Part shown: piece after piece, positions 35,598 through 49,255 of the stretch
Position numbering within the stretch: position 1 is the stretch's first letter
Layout of the letters: each line of letters opens with the position of its first letter
From: the human T2T-CHM13v2.0 reference genome, Homo sapiens
Strand: one strand, 5' to 3'
Length of the DNA stretch: 64,000 bases
Assembly: GCF_009914755.1 (NCBI RefSeq)
Contig: NC_060942.1
Translations under genes and position numbers: made by a program
The notes under the pieces: generated by a model
Databases searched by the model: none
Seen by the model: only the letters and a program-made list of their open reading frames with translations
Told to the model about the DNA's origin: nothing

Positions 35598-36899
35598 TAA
35601 GACACCATTTTAAGCACTACTGGCCTTTCCTTCACTTGCCATTTAAACTCAGTATTTTCTAAAAACTTCTGATGTTTTTATATAAATAGATGACAGTCAA
35701 CTTCATCTCTAAAGAAGTCATTTTTTCATTGTATTTTAAGAACGATCACAGATTTGGTTGTAAATGAGATTTTTAAATTTCTCAGTAATGGCCCACTGCA
35801 CTCTAGATTGTCAAAACGCATTGGTGAGTCTAGATGTGGAATAAACGCTCACTGCCACGGGACCTATTGATTTGGCATTGAAATTTGAATCCTAGGATGT
35901 AGAATAAATAAATTACTACTAAACCATCTTACTTTGCCTGCACAAAAAAATAGGCCTTTAAGGCCTGCAGATTAAATGTTTGAAAATAAAGTTTAGGAAA
36001 TACCTTTAGTAAAATATTTTATAAATATAAAATGGAAAACAAAATATTTTGGGGTACATATATAAAGCAGTATTTCTCAAATTTGAGTAATGTAGGTACC
36101 CTTTTTGAAGGGAAAAATGTATATTTCTGTTTGCATAAATTAGTTAAATATGTACAAATAATAAACTTATGTTTAAATTTTTTATGCAATTTTTAATCCA
36201 AAACAGATTTACAAATGGAAAATAGAGCTGCAAAAACAATAAAAATATAAAAATAAGGTAACAATAATTTAATGCTACATATAATGCTTTGCCATATCTA
36301 TATCACCAAACAAAATATGAATATTGTATCGAATAAGAATTTGTACACAATCATTTGGGTTTGGTTTCTGTCTTCCATATAGTACCATTTGAGAAGTCAT
36401 TTTTTAAAGTGATATTTTACATTCAATTTATTGCAAAACCTATTTTATATGAAATTCACTTAGTGAACCATTTAATATTATTGGATCTAACTCTTTAATT
36501 TTTTTACTAGCAAATGGTGATAAATTAATTGGTTGCAAGAATCATCATGATCATGAATACAAATGAAAATATAGGCATTAAATTATATGGTAGCACTCTG
36601 CTATAAGATGGTTATTCATATGATTCTGCATATGTTTATATTAAGATTTTTATCATTTACTTAATGTTCAAAATTCAAATATTTTCATGAAGAACTTGAG
36701 GATCTCTAAGAATAAGTCCACTGACATCTAAGGATAGAATTCCATGGACTCTACTTTGAAAAAGCAGGTAGGACCTATGTGAACACTTTCTCTGGTTTTC
36801 TCTTTTGTGACCCAGGGCATTGGGTCTAGATGGAGCAGTTTGTTCACATTGTTGAATGTAAATATGAAGATTCATGATCTGTACCTCATGCCTGGTTTG

Positions 36900-37090
36900 G
36901 GATCTACACCGTGGCTGGTCACTTCACTGCATTACCCACTTCCTTTCAACAACTCTAGATACCAAGGCTCTAGTGAGCTTCCCGGGGTGGAGGAATCTCA
37001 CACGTCTCTGCAGTTCACAGTTGAAGAGGAAAGTACATCTGTGTAACCTTCTTAGAGAGGAAGGACTCTGTCTTTGTTTTTGCCTGCTGT
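36900..37090 (+). mobile_element. MER21-like LTR fragment
   Basis: tagataccaaggctctagtgagcttcccgg motif; boundaries uncertain. Confidence 0.4.
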
Positions 37091-37272
37091 TCCTACACAG
37101 TCTTAATCTACTATTATTCCCAAGCCAGTGTATTTTTCACTGCAACCAGTGCAGTTTTCATCTCTAAAAGTTACATTTTAGTCTTTTAAGAAAAATCTAT
37201 TTTGTCTCTGCTTAAATTTTTAACATACAAGATCAGTTATACTATTTGAATGGCTTTATCTGTTAATTCTAA

Positions 37273-37602
<330 letters not shown>

Positions 37603-38973
37603 CTCTCCTGGTTACTTAGTAGGCACTGTCTGCTGATCTCTGGAATTTTCTCTTTGATTACTCTTTCTCTCTGATACTCTGTTTTGTGAACTCTAGTGAT
37701 CTTTTTCTCTCCCAAATCTCAACTTTATCCTTTCAACAGGGGGAGTTTTTCCAGGTTCAACCTGGGTGTTCTCTCCATGTGCCACTACTTGGAAACTTTC
37801 TTAAGGAGATAAACTGAGGCAATGATAGGGTTTATCATTCTTGTTTTCTGTTTCTCATGAATATGATCCATCACTGAAGTCTAGTGTCTTGAAAACTATT
37901 GTAGCTATGCTATTTTTGTTGTTGTTGTTTAGACAGGAGGGTAGATCCTATTCCTGTTAATTGGAAGTGGAGGACCGCTATTAATTATATTTTTTATGAA
38001 AAAGTACTAATTACATTTCAGCTGAAATATTTTATTTTGTATTTTATCTTGCATGTAGTGAAATACCTTTTGACCCAAAGCAATGAAGGGTGCCCTTTGG
38101 CCATTTCATTTTTCTCTTTTATGTTACATAAATTTCTTATTTTAAATATTGCATCTTTCTTATGAAATAAAAATAACTAACTTTTCCTTATTTATTCATA
38201 GTTCATTAAGCTTGGGCTTAATGAAACCACATTATTATTAATATTTTTATATTTTTCAGTGCAGTCTCTTTTCTTCCCTGCATACACTCCTTCTCTCTTT
38301 TATCCTTATCTTGTATCTTCTAACCCAGGTCTTAATAATTTAAAATAAATGGTTTTTTTCCATACCCATATAATTTCACTCAACATGTGTGCTTATATCC
38401 ACGTATATATGGATATACCAGTAAGAAAATCAACTGTTACTTTTAATTAACTTTATTCATTTTGCTGATTAGATCAAGGTCTTTTTTCCTTTTTATTTTT
38501 GGATACAAAGATCATACAGGTCCAAGGGCTTTGTGCTTTCAAATTCCCCTTTTTGCATAGCTAGAATTTTCGTTTCCTTCAGGTCATAGTGGAGATATTA
38601 CCTCCTCAGAAAATCTCTTCTGGCTCCCAATATAAAGTAAAACAAAACAAAACAAAAAAATTAAAAAACATTAGATTATTCCATTTCACCTACAGCGTTT
38701 GTCATAATTTGTAATTATTCAGGTGTTTTTTGCTTATTTTCTGTCTGTCCATTTTGTCTATTATAATTTATTTTATCAATATATTCAGTGCTGTGTATTG
38801 CCCAGCATATTCTGGGGTCTCTGAGTATGTACATTTCATGAATGAATTAATCCAGTGAATACAGACAGGATGTGTTTTTCTTGCCCCACCACCCACAGTG
38901 CAATAGAGTGGTGAAATGGAAAGGATCCAAACCTGGATTTTAAATATGGCTACGTAACTTTGAAGCCATCCTA

Positions 38974-39535
38974 TGTTTTAAAGTATAGTGTATTGATTTT
39001 TTTAAAAATTGGAGGCATAGTAAGGCCAACAGCTCAGGAGAAGACTACCATTGGAAAGACAGCCTGTTATTCACAGTCCCCAAAGGAGGTGCTGTGACAC
39101 ACTACAGGGAGCCACACTGGGAAGCCCTGGGGTCAGTCAGGAGGTAGAGGAAGGTGGGAAAACACAGACAAGAGCCTTTATTGTTATTTTGGTTGGAAGA
39201 GATGGGCAAGGCAGGGTACTCAGGCTTAGCATGGGTTAGTTTGAATAACTTCAGCAGGCTGTAGGCTGGCTCTAGGGCTTGGGGACTGTCCCTGGTTGTG
39301 TGGCACCTGCCCCTGGGGTAATTTAGGCAGATAGAGAGTAATCCAGATATAAGGGGCTATAAGGAGCTAGTATGAGGGCAGGCTTTGGATTGGCAGTGTG
39401 TATTTGGAAAGAATATTGTGGATGAGTTTGCTATCCAGGGATTGGCTGTGCCTGAGAGGGGCAGTCCCTTCAGAGTCAGCAAGGCCCCAATGTTCAAGCA
39501 CCAGAATACAGAAAATAAAAGGCATGCCTAATATA
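38974..39535 (-). mobile_element. ERVL-class solo LTR (MER74/MER54-like)
   Basis: Reverse complement matches both ends of the 2595-3141 element (aatacactata..ttaaaa; ttttattttct; ggactgcc); inserted in a MIR. Confidence 0.7.
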
Positions 39536-40731
39536 ACTACTTTGATGGGTAAGTCCCTTGGCACCACTGAACCTCAGACTTCATGTCTGAAAAAATGGAG
39601 ATTATTATTATCATGTTCTTTCTGCTTCAAAAAATTAGTGGATAACAGATGTGAAGAGACTTTGAAAATACTAAGTTCCCGTATAAAGATATCTATTCTT
39701 TTATAAGAACAGCCCATCCAGAAAGCATGAGAGCTGCACTTTCTTTCCATACAGTTGGTGTATTTGTAGCCATTTGCTCCATTTGCTTCCATTCACCTGT
39801 GAGACTAATGATCTGATTAGACGAGAAAGCTGACCAGGGCAGGGGGGAAGAGGTCAGTCTGAAGCCAGGCAGGAGAGTGTCATTAAATGGGCCTGGCCTC
39901 ATTAACATCATGCCTTAAACATCTGAACTAAGCAGGCACTGTCATGTCCTTAGGACATGAAAGAGGGGTCTAAGCTATTTCTATGTGAAAAGCTATCTAT
40001 ATTTAAAAGCATTTCTTTATTCACCATGAAAACTCATGAAAAAAAAAAGTCAGTGAAAGATCAAACAGGTGACCGTATTAGTAGAGGAATTTTCTAATTC
40101 TTCAAAACTATAGAATGTTTAGATTAGAAAGAATTCATAGAAACTTAATGAAATCATGAATATTTCTGTAAAAAATATGTGGGGAAGGGAACACCCAATC
40201 CATCAACCCTGTCATTTCTTCACTCTCCTCTTCATCAAGCTCAGAATCCATGATAATCTCGTTTGAATGCTTCATCTTAGGAAAATGGGTAATTTCTATT
40301 GAACCATATGTTTTTTTTCCATAAAGTAAGAGGGGCTCTCATCTTCTGAGAGGGTAATGAGAAAAGAAGGATAGAACTCTGAGGAGAGGGGAAAGGTCTG
40401 AAATAGGCATTATGGGTAGGCTGGGGAGAGAATGAGTTGTGAAACTGTTGGTTTTATAGAGGATCTAATCTGCTGTGTTGTGTTACTAGCATTCTTGTAG
40501 ATTCTTAACTTCTCTTTTCCCCCCATCCCTGGGTGGGTTCGACTCTCAACTCTGCCCTGAGCAACTGAGCTTTCATGAAATTAGGCAATACAAGGTTATA
40601 CCTAAAAAACAAACAAACAAACAAACAAACAAACAAAAAAAACAAATGAACGAACAAAAAAATCCACCTTAATTGATGCTTTCCTTGTACCTAAAAATTC
40701 TACTCTGTTTCTCTTTTCCACAGAGAAAATA

Positions 40732-40950
40732 CTTTTGTTTGTTTGTTTTGAGATGGAGTCTTGCCCTGTTGCCCAGTTTGAAGTGCAGTGGTACTATCTT
40801 GGCTCACTGGAACCTCTGCCTCCTCTTGGGTTCAAGTGATTCTCATGCCTCAGCCTCTAGAGTAGCTGGGATTACAAATGTATACCACCATGCCCGCCTA
40901 CTGTTCTGTATTGTAATAGAGACAGGATTTTGCTATGTTGGTCAGGCTGG
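40732..40950 (-). mobile_element. 5'-truncated old Alu
   Basis: Right arm and part of left arm, ending ttggtcaggctgg. Confidence 0.85.
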
Positions 40951-40959
40951 AATTTTTTT

Positions 40960-43146
40960 CCTGGAACACTGAACAATGACTATTCCAAACCTTCCCCTTA
41001 CCTCGAAATTCTGATCATTCTCCTTTCTACTCCCCTCTCAGTAGATGAATTACCCACCCTCTAACTTTGTAGAGAATACATAACTTATTAGATAGGAGCA
41101 TGCCTGTTTCCCTGAGACCAAGCCTATAAACCAACTTTATCTGTGTCCATCCCATTCTCTCTTTTTAGTTTTATTTATTTATTTACTTAGAAACAGGGTC
41201 TTGCTCTGTGGCCCAGGCTAGAGTGCAGTGGTGCAATTATAGTGAACTGCAGCCTTGATCTCCTGGGCCCAAAGGATACCTCTTACCTCAGCCTCAGAAG
41301 TAGCTGGGACCACAGGTGAATGCCACCACACCCAGCTAATTTTTATTTATTTATTTATTTATTTTAACGGATGGGGTCTCCCTATGTTGCCCAGGCTGGC
41401 CTTGAACGCCTGAGCTCATGTGATCCTACCACCTCAGCTTCCCAAAGTTTTAGGGATTACAGGCATGAGTCACTGCACCTGGCCTCTTTTCAGTTTTAGG
41501 TAAGCAGAATTTGCTCCTCCTATCCAAGGCCAATCGAGTTTCTTTTCAAGAACACATGCTGTTACTCTTATAATCCAACTTCTCCCTCCCTGGTAGTTTT
41601 TTCTCATTATTATTAAATGCTCTTAATCTGTCTCATTAAAACAAATTAAGAATGTAGCAAAAATCCCTCCACCATTCAGCTCCACTGAGTAAGGTACTCT
41701 CTCGTTTTCTTTTCACAATCAGACTTCTCAAAACATTCACCTACACTGTGTTTTCATTTCTCATCTGCCACGCATTTTTCAATAACTTGCGATCTGACTT
41801 GCTGTTTATCTATCTCCCTAGTACTATTCTTCTGCAGATCATCATGACTCCATGTCGTTAAATACTATGGATTTTTCCCAGTTCTCATCTTACCTCACTT
41901 CTAATCAATATTCAAACCTCTTGAATACTCCCTTGTAATTAAAATTACGTTTTGCAGAATTCCTTGATAAATACTTTCCAGGTGTTTTTTCTTGCCTCTC
42001 TGATAGTCTTTGTCAAATTTGCAAGCTTTTGTCCTTTTCTGCCTAGGCCATTAGATACTGTAGTTTTTAAGACTCAACCTTGAGCTCTCATATCTTCTCA
42101 CCCAATGTTCTCTCCCTAGGAAATCTCATTTATTTGTTGCTTTAATTACTACTTATATGAAGATGACTCATAAATACTTATTTTTAGTCTAAGCTTCTTT
42201 TCTTTGCTACAGACTGCATATCCAAATGCCAACTTGAAATTCCTCTTAAATAACTTACAGAAATATCAAAGTAAACAAATCTGCTGATCATCAAAAACAA
42301 ATCTGCTGATCTTCCCTGACCCTCTCTTCCCAAGTTTTTCATCACATTAAATGACTCACTATATCCAGTTGTACAAACCAGCAATGTAGGAGTCATCGTT
42401 GGTTTCTCTCATACCCTCCCACACCAAGTCTAATCAGTTTTATCTCCTATATATGTCTTTAATCCATCTATACTTTTTCATCTCTTTATTATCATCCCGC
42501 TCTAAGCTACTATCGTCTTTTACCGGACTACCCCAATAACACACTCACTGGTTTATTTGTATCTATTCTGGTCCCTCTCCAAGTCCCAGACTAACATAGC
42601 CACCCCCCATTTCCTGACTATTCCTGATTAAAACTCTTGAGTGGCTTTCCATTGCATTTGGGAAGAAGGCAGGATTCCCCAACATGGCTTATGAATTCCT
42701 GTACAGACTGCTCCATAACTGTTGCTGCCTTCCCTGTCTGGTCATGCACTGCACTCTCTGGACAGGTCCCTGGCTTGGCAATAGCCCACGTGTTTCACCT
42801 TGCTCTCTTACCCAGCAAGCATTCTGCATATGCTGGTTCCTCTTCCCAGAATCTTTTCCCTCCACACATTGCCTAAATAATCCCCGCTTATTTTTCAGAT
42901 CTCAGTGCAAGTATCACCACTTTAGGGGAGTTTTCCATGACCTTTGTGACTGAGTGAAAACACCACCAATGCCATTGCAGAGTTGTATATCATTGTTCCT
43001 CCTCAGTATCACATCTTTGGGGGACTTTATTAGATAAATGCCTCTTTTCCCAACTACAGTGTAAGTTGCACAAGGAAAGTGATCATATCTCTAATTTTAC
43101 CACCAGCAATTAGCCTAGTGTTATAACACTTAGCATAGTTACTGAT
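40960..43146 (+). mobile_element. L2 LINE remnant (interrupted by AluJ)
   Basis: gttctcatcttacc, gactgcatatccaaatgccaacttg, gtggctttccattgca and cagatctcag follow L2 3'-region order. Boundaries approximate. Confidence 0.7.
41174..41484 (-). mobile_element. AluJ
   Basis: acagggtcttgctctg, atagtgaactgcagccttgatctcctggg; TSD tctttttagtttta / tcttttcagtttta. Confidence 0.9.
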
Positions 43147-43402
43147 ATTCATTCATTCATTCAACACATATTACTTATATTATACATGGATATGCATAAA
43201 AATTAAGTATAAGTGAATATATAAACATGCACACACATATTAATTTACTATTAATATTTACAATAAACCCAGGCAGCAGAGTATCTTGCCCAAGGTTCTA
43301 TAGCTAATAAATATTAAAGATTCAACCCCAGGTTTCAAAGTCAATGATTTCTAATATATGACATTGTCACATAAAACAACCATAATTTTTATCCCTCTAT
43401 AG

Positions 43403-43550
43403 TAGTGGTTCTTAACCCTAGCTTCATGTTGGAATCACCTGAGCTTTAAAAAAAGTTGATGCCCAGTCCTCATTCCCAAAATTTCTATTTTGATTGGTTA
43501 GAGGTTGGGCCTGAGTTTGGTTTCATAAAGCTGCCCAGATAAAGAACATT
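43403..43550. mobile_element. MER5-like hAT element
   Basis: tagtggttcttaaccctagc..gaatcacctg..gatgcccag. Confidence 0.65.
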
Positions 43551-43720
43551 TGCTAGGATGACAGAACTAAACTAAGTGGAGAAGGTGGCCTGAAATAGTG
43601 ATGAGGATAAAAACAAAATTTTAAAATAGGCAATTAAGATAAGGAGTGAAAGTTGAAGCTGCTGTCCCATGATTTGCTGTTTCATTTCTTTTTAATTGCT
43701 GTTGCTGTTGCCTCCTCTTA

Positions 43721-44637
43721 TGTGGTTAATGGCCACCCAAAGTTTTCAGGTCCTATTCCTTGGAACCTTTAAATGTTACTTTACAAAGAAAAAGAGTTAC
43801 TTGGAACCAACCCAAATGTCCATCAATGATAGACTGGATTAAGAAAATGTGGCACATATACACCATGGAATACCATGCAGCCATAAAAAAGGATGAGTTC
43901 ATGTCCTTTGTAGGGACACGGATGAAGCTGGAAACCATCATTCTCAGCAAACTATGGCAAGGACAAAAAACCAAACACCGCATGTTCTCACTCATAGGTG
44001 GGAATTGAACAATGAGAACACTTGGACACAGGAAGGGGAACATCACACACCAGGGCCTGTCGTGGGGTGGGGGGAGGGGGGTGGGATAGCATTAGGAGAT
44101 GTACCTAATGTAAATGACGAGTTAATGGGTGCAACACACCAACATGGCACATGTATACATATGTAACAAACCTGCTCATTGTGCACATGTACCCTAGAAC
44201 TTAAAGGATAATAAAAAAAAAAAAGAAAAGAAAGAAAAGAAAGAGTCTTTGAAGATCTAATTAAATTAAGGACCTTGACCTGGGGAGATTCTCCTACAGA
44301 TAGGCCCTAATCCTTATTACAAGTGTCCTCAAGAGAGACACAGAAAAGATTTGACACAGACAAAAAAAATAAGAAGTCACTATGAAGTTGGATGCAGAGA
44401 ATAAAGTGATGAGGCCAAAAGCCAATGCATCTTGGCAGCCACCCAAACCCAGGAGAGGTAGAGAATAATCAGATTCTCCCTGAGAGCCTATAGAGGGAAA
44501 ATGGCCCTGCTGACACCTTGATCTTAGACCAGTGAAACTAGTCTTGGACTTCTGACCTCTAGAACTGTGTGAGAATAAATATCTGTTGTTTGAATCTACC
44601 AAGTATGTGGTAATTCATTACAGCAGCCAGAAAGCTA
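43721..44637 (+). mobile_element. MLT1C-like MaLR LTR, split by L1
   Basis: gaacctttaaatgttacttt, ggccctgctgacaccttgat, agaactgtgtgagaataaat, ggtaattcattacagcagcc. Confidence 0.8.
43798..44239 (+). mobile_element. L1PA4/5-like 3' fragment
   Basis: acttggaaccaacccaaatg through 3'UTR and A-rich tail; flanking aaagagt repeats. Confidence 0.92.
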
Positions 44638-44926
44638 TTGAGATGGGATCTGGCTCTATCTCCCAGGCTGGAGTGCGGTTGTGAGATCTCAGGTCACTGC
44701 AACCTCCGCCTCCCAGGCTCAAGCTATCTTACCATCTCAGCCTCATGAGTAGCTGGGACTACAGGCACATGCCACCATGCCCAGCTAATTTTTTTTTTGT
44801 ATTTTTGGCGGAGACAGGGTTTTGCCATGTCACCCAGGCTGGTCTCAAACTCCTGAGTTCAAGCAATCCACCCGCCTCAGCCTCCCAAAGTGCTGGGAAT
44901 ACAGGCATGAGCCACCATGCCCAGCC
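44638..44926 (-). mobile_element. AluJb-like SINE lacking its A tail
   Basis: Complete dimer body abuts the MLT1 end with no poly-T. Confidence 0.88.
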
Positions 44927-45326
44927 CCTCTTCTGCTCTTCTTAAACTCCTGTCCTCAAAGTCCACTGGGTGTCCCGGGAATGTCTGCAAACTGGCTGCA
45001 TTGTTTCACAGATGATGTTCCCCATTTCCCCAGCTTTCCTGCCCCATGTTACTATGGCAATGTCTCTGGCTACCAGTCACTCCAACAGTTACCTACACCA
45101 TCAATGCTGATGTCTATCAGTGTGAATGACGATTTTACTAAATCTGGAACTCATGATCTGGGCTAATGAATGAACCATCACACCGTGATTTCTGAACAAT
45201 TTCCCTGATTACACTGAAGAATTTATAGTTTCAAAGGGCAGAGTAAATTTGAGATGAAACACATTAACTAGCTTCAGAAATGATATCTACACATATTGAA
45301 AAAATGCAATTTCAAAATATGAAGCC

Positions 45327-46227
45327 ATCAGTGCAGATAAAGCTGTTTTACAATAAGAAGCAAAATAAGCATGTTTAGATTTTAAGATTTTTCTTTTAAA
45401 GACTTTATAAAATAAGAGACCCAATAATTGACCAGAGATAAGAAGATGTAGATTTTGTTGTTGTTGTTGTTTACTTTACGTTCTGGGATACATGTGCAGA
45501 ATGTGCAGGTTTGTTACATAGGTATACATGTGCCATGGTGGTTTGCTGCACCTATCGACCCCGTCATCTAGGTTTTAAGCTTCGCACGCATTAGGTATTT
45601 GTCCTAATGCTCTCCATTCCCTTGTCCCCCACCCCCCAACAGGCCCGTGTGTGATATTTCTCTTCCTATGTCCATGTGTTCTCATTGTTCAACTCCCACT
45701 TATGAGTGAGAACATGCGGTGTTTGGTTTTCTGTTCCTCTGTTAGTTTGTGAGAATGATGGTTTCCAGCTTAAGAAGATGTAGATTTTTCTAATTCAACT
45801 GAAGATGGTACAGAATTTTGATGATAGTGACATTACAGTTGTGGGGAAACTCTAATTCAATATCTTTATATTTGAAAATATGAAACAGTAATTTCTCTAA
45901 GAAAACATAGACTTTTATTCCCTTAAATGGTCCACTGCCCCCACAACTATAATGTCACTATCATCAAAATTCTGTAGCACCTTCAGCTGGATTAGAAGAA
46001 TCTACATCTTACTATCGTTGGTCATTTAATGGATCTCTTATTTTATAGCTCCCCATGGCCACTTGCAATCCCAAAGCAAAGGATCATTCAAGTTTTACCT
46101 GTCATCACAACTGAGAACCCAGATGTGGAAATGCCAGACATTTCTTATAAGACTTTTAAAATAAATCTTAAGAGCTAAGCATGCTGATTTTGCTTCTTAC
46201 TGTAAAGCAGCTCTATCTGCTACTGAT
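45327..46227. repeat. Long imperfect inverted repeat (~190 bp arms, 92 bp spacer)
   Basis: Left arm 45327-45456 + 45789-45846 is the reverse complement of 45939-46047 + 46145-46227; the innermost 38 bp match at 37/38. Confidence 0.92.
45457..45770 (-). mobile_element. L1PA7/8-like 3' fragment
   Basis: Antisense 3'UTR with (gtt)n tail; perfect 18-bp TSD taagaagatgtagatttt. Confidence 0.93.
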
Positions 46228-47481
46228 CGATTACCAGCCGAGTAATCACTCAAAGACCTAAATTTACAGACTAAATCTGACAGGTGTCAGACTCTTTCAA
46301 TCTCTCTCCATTCTGAAATGATTGATTCCCTGGCTTACAGTATACACACACACATATCCGAGAATCATATCATTAATAATGCTATCATTATGAACATATG
46401 TATCTTTAATTTCAATAATTGGCATAAGGCATTTTATCTGTATGTTTAAACCTCAAATCATCATAATTCACAAGAATTAATTTTTACTCATCCTTATAAT
46501 TAATGAAGTATTCATCAGAATACATTCTTTGCCAAGGTGTATAGTATCTGGCAATATAAATAATTCTTAAATCAATATTCTATAAAAACTGTATCAATAT
46601 TAAAATAATTGGACAAATACATTGCTTCTAGGTACCTTAACAATCATAGTATATTGTAGACACTGGGCTTGAGAAAAGATTTCAAAGTAATTATTATGAC
46701 AAAATCTACAAATACAAAATAAATAATAAAATACAAAACCCAGTTATTATTGTCAGTATGAAAGTTAATTTTCCTTGCCTTCTCATGCTTGCTAATAAAA
46801 GACATGTTCTGAGAAGATGAGAGTGAAGTGGCCAGTGGGAAAATTTCCCCAACTCCTAAGGAGATATCAGGCTCTGGAAATGTAGGGCTGCCTGGGCAGG
46901 AGGCATAGAATGGATGAGAGTCCTACACCTGGCCCAAGATGTGTTAGATATGATCCTTAATGAGGGGAGCATCTAATCACAGTTGAAAGGAGGAAATGTT
47001 CTATCTTGAGGGGAATCTTAGGAGACTGAGAATTAAAATTTCTTAAAAAGATAAGTTCTCATATTTTTACTGAAGAAGGCTCAATGTCATCAATACAAAT
47101 GTAAGAATCACAATGTATGGTTTGCTGACCTGACTTTGATTATAATAATAAGTATATTTATTCTCAAAACTAAATTAGGATTTGTAGAATCCTTTATAAA
47201 TATGTCATTAATTAGGGCTGTGAATTGTTAATACATCATTTACTAAGTACTTAGGAGGAGTCAACCCAATGGCAAAGAATATTGATTTAAAGATTAGGCA
47301 TCGAAATGATCTAGCTCAATATTTCTTAGATAAAAATAAAAAAAGTGTCACACTATTTCCATTTTGGTTGTGGAAATATTGAGTCCAAGGAAAGTTATTT
47401 ATCTTCCCTGGAAGACACCAGAGAACAGAAATAGACTAGAGATTTGACTCTTGTCCTTTGCTCTATATTAAGAAATTTAAG

Positions 47482-47790
47482 GACCAGACATGATGGCTCA
47501 TGCCTATAATCCCAACACTTTGGGAAGCTGAGGTGGGAGGGTCACTTAAGGCCAGGGATTCAAAATCGGCCTGGGCAACATAGCAAGACTCATCTCTACA
47601 AAAAATATTTAACATCAGCTAGGCACAGTGATGTACATCTGTAGTCCCAGCTATTTGAGAGGGAAGGCAGGAGGATTATTTGAGCGCAGGAATTTGAGGC
47701 TGCCATGAGCTATGATCTTATCAATGTATTCCAGCCTGGGTGACACAGCAAGAAACCATTCTTTAAAAAAAATAATTAAAATTAAAAATA
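47482..47790 (+). mobile_element. AluJ
   Basis: gggcaacatagcaagac and gaggctgccatgagctatgatc are J-type; A-rich tail. Confidence 0.88.
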
Positions 47791-47949
47791 AATTAAGGTA
47801 AACTTGACATGTTGAAAAAACATCTTTCATGTTTGATTTTCTCCTAGATTTCCTGATTTTTTAAACCGAGTGCCAATAGGCTAATCACTCTTAACTATGA
47901 TTCTCTAACTCTCTCTTAGCTTCAGAATAATTTACATAGCTAACTCTCT

Positions 47950-48011
47950 GATTTACATCTCTACCTGAATGTCCTGTAGGGATTTACATCTCTACCTGAA
48001 TGTCCTGTAGG
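47950..48011 (+). repeat. Perfect 31-bp tandem duplication
   Basis: gatttacatctctacctgaatgtcctgtagg twice. Confidence 0.97.
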
Positions 48012-49255
48012 GAATTCCACCTCGCTGTAATGAAAAATGGAACTTTGCCCCCAAATACATAGATATGTGCACAAATGTTCACAGACACATATACCGTGCA
48101 AAACCTTCTTCCCTTCTCATATTAGTAAGACTCAGTAAAATCTATGCAGCAGCTCAAATTAGAAATCTGACAGTGACCTTTGGCTCCTTTTCTCACACTC
48201 TCCAACATCCTATTATTTCTCTGGGCTTTCTGATTTTTCCCTTTGAAATCAGGTCAGGTAACTACATGAAAAGCACCTGTATCTCCCTATTAGGCCTATG
48301 CAGACATGATTAACAAATCACAATACGCTTTTCTGCTAATATTAAACTTACCACTACTAATTCCTCCAAAAAGCACTCTTCGTAGATACCACCAGGCAGG
48401 TGATTGGAGTTGACACTCAAGAGTAATTTGCCTTCCCAGTCCTAGATATTTCAAGTTCTTCCTCTCAGTCAAGACTTTCTTACTTCTGAATGTCACTATT
48501 TCCTTTCTGAACTATTTGAGTGACCTTGTGGGGGTCTCCCTGCCTTCAGTCTTGACCCTGTCCAATTTACCCTCAGTACCCCCTGACAGACGGATCTGTC
48601 CAAAAATGCAAATGTGATTGTGCCAATTTCATCTTTAAACTCATTAAAGTCTTTACTACAATTTACAAAGTTCTCAATATCCTGAATGTTGTCTACCTTT
48701 CCCCTCTCATTCTTACCACCGCTTGCCTCCTATCTCATGCTCTAGTGAGACCAAACTATGTGCAATATGATGAATTTTTCATGAGGCTTTCACCATCATG
48801 CATTTGTCCATGTTCTCTCCATTGCCAGGGACATCCTTTCCCTTCCTCATGCTACCTGCTTCTTTCATATAGTTAAGATAATTGTCCCCTCCAAATCTCA
48901 CGTTGAAACATGATCCTCAAGGTTGGAAGTGGAGCCTGATGAGAGGTGTTTGGGTCATGAGGGCAGATCCTTGATGAATGGCTTTGATGTCCTCTCCATG
49001 GTAATGAGTGAGTTCTCTGTTAATACACGTGTGAGCCAGTTGTTTAAAAAAGCCTGGTATATCAGTTTTCTCCCTTTCTCACCATGTAACACTCCTGTTT
49101 CCCCATCATTATCCACTATGATTGGATGCTTCCTGAGACCCTCACCAGAAGCAATGCCGGTGCCATGCTTCTTGTATAGCACACAGAACCATGAGCCAAA
49201 TAAACTTCTTTTCTTTATAAATTACCCAGTCTCAAGTATGGCAATGCAAAACAGA

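Noticed and set aside
35770-35830. Possible 38-nt + strand exon (ttctcag ... ttg|gtgagt)
   Set aside because: Isolated motif pair with no supporting partner exon or recognisable frame.
42273-42311. 17-bp direct repeat aaacaaatctgctgatc
   Set aside because: Small local slippage duplication within L2, with no further structure.
44062-44087. G-quadruplex-like G tracts (also near 22352 and 54612)
   Set aside because: Normal L1 3'UTR polypurine tract.
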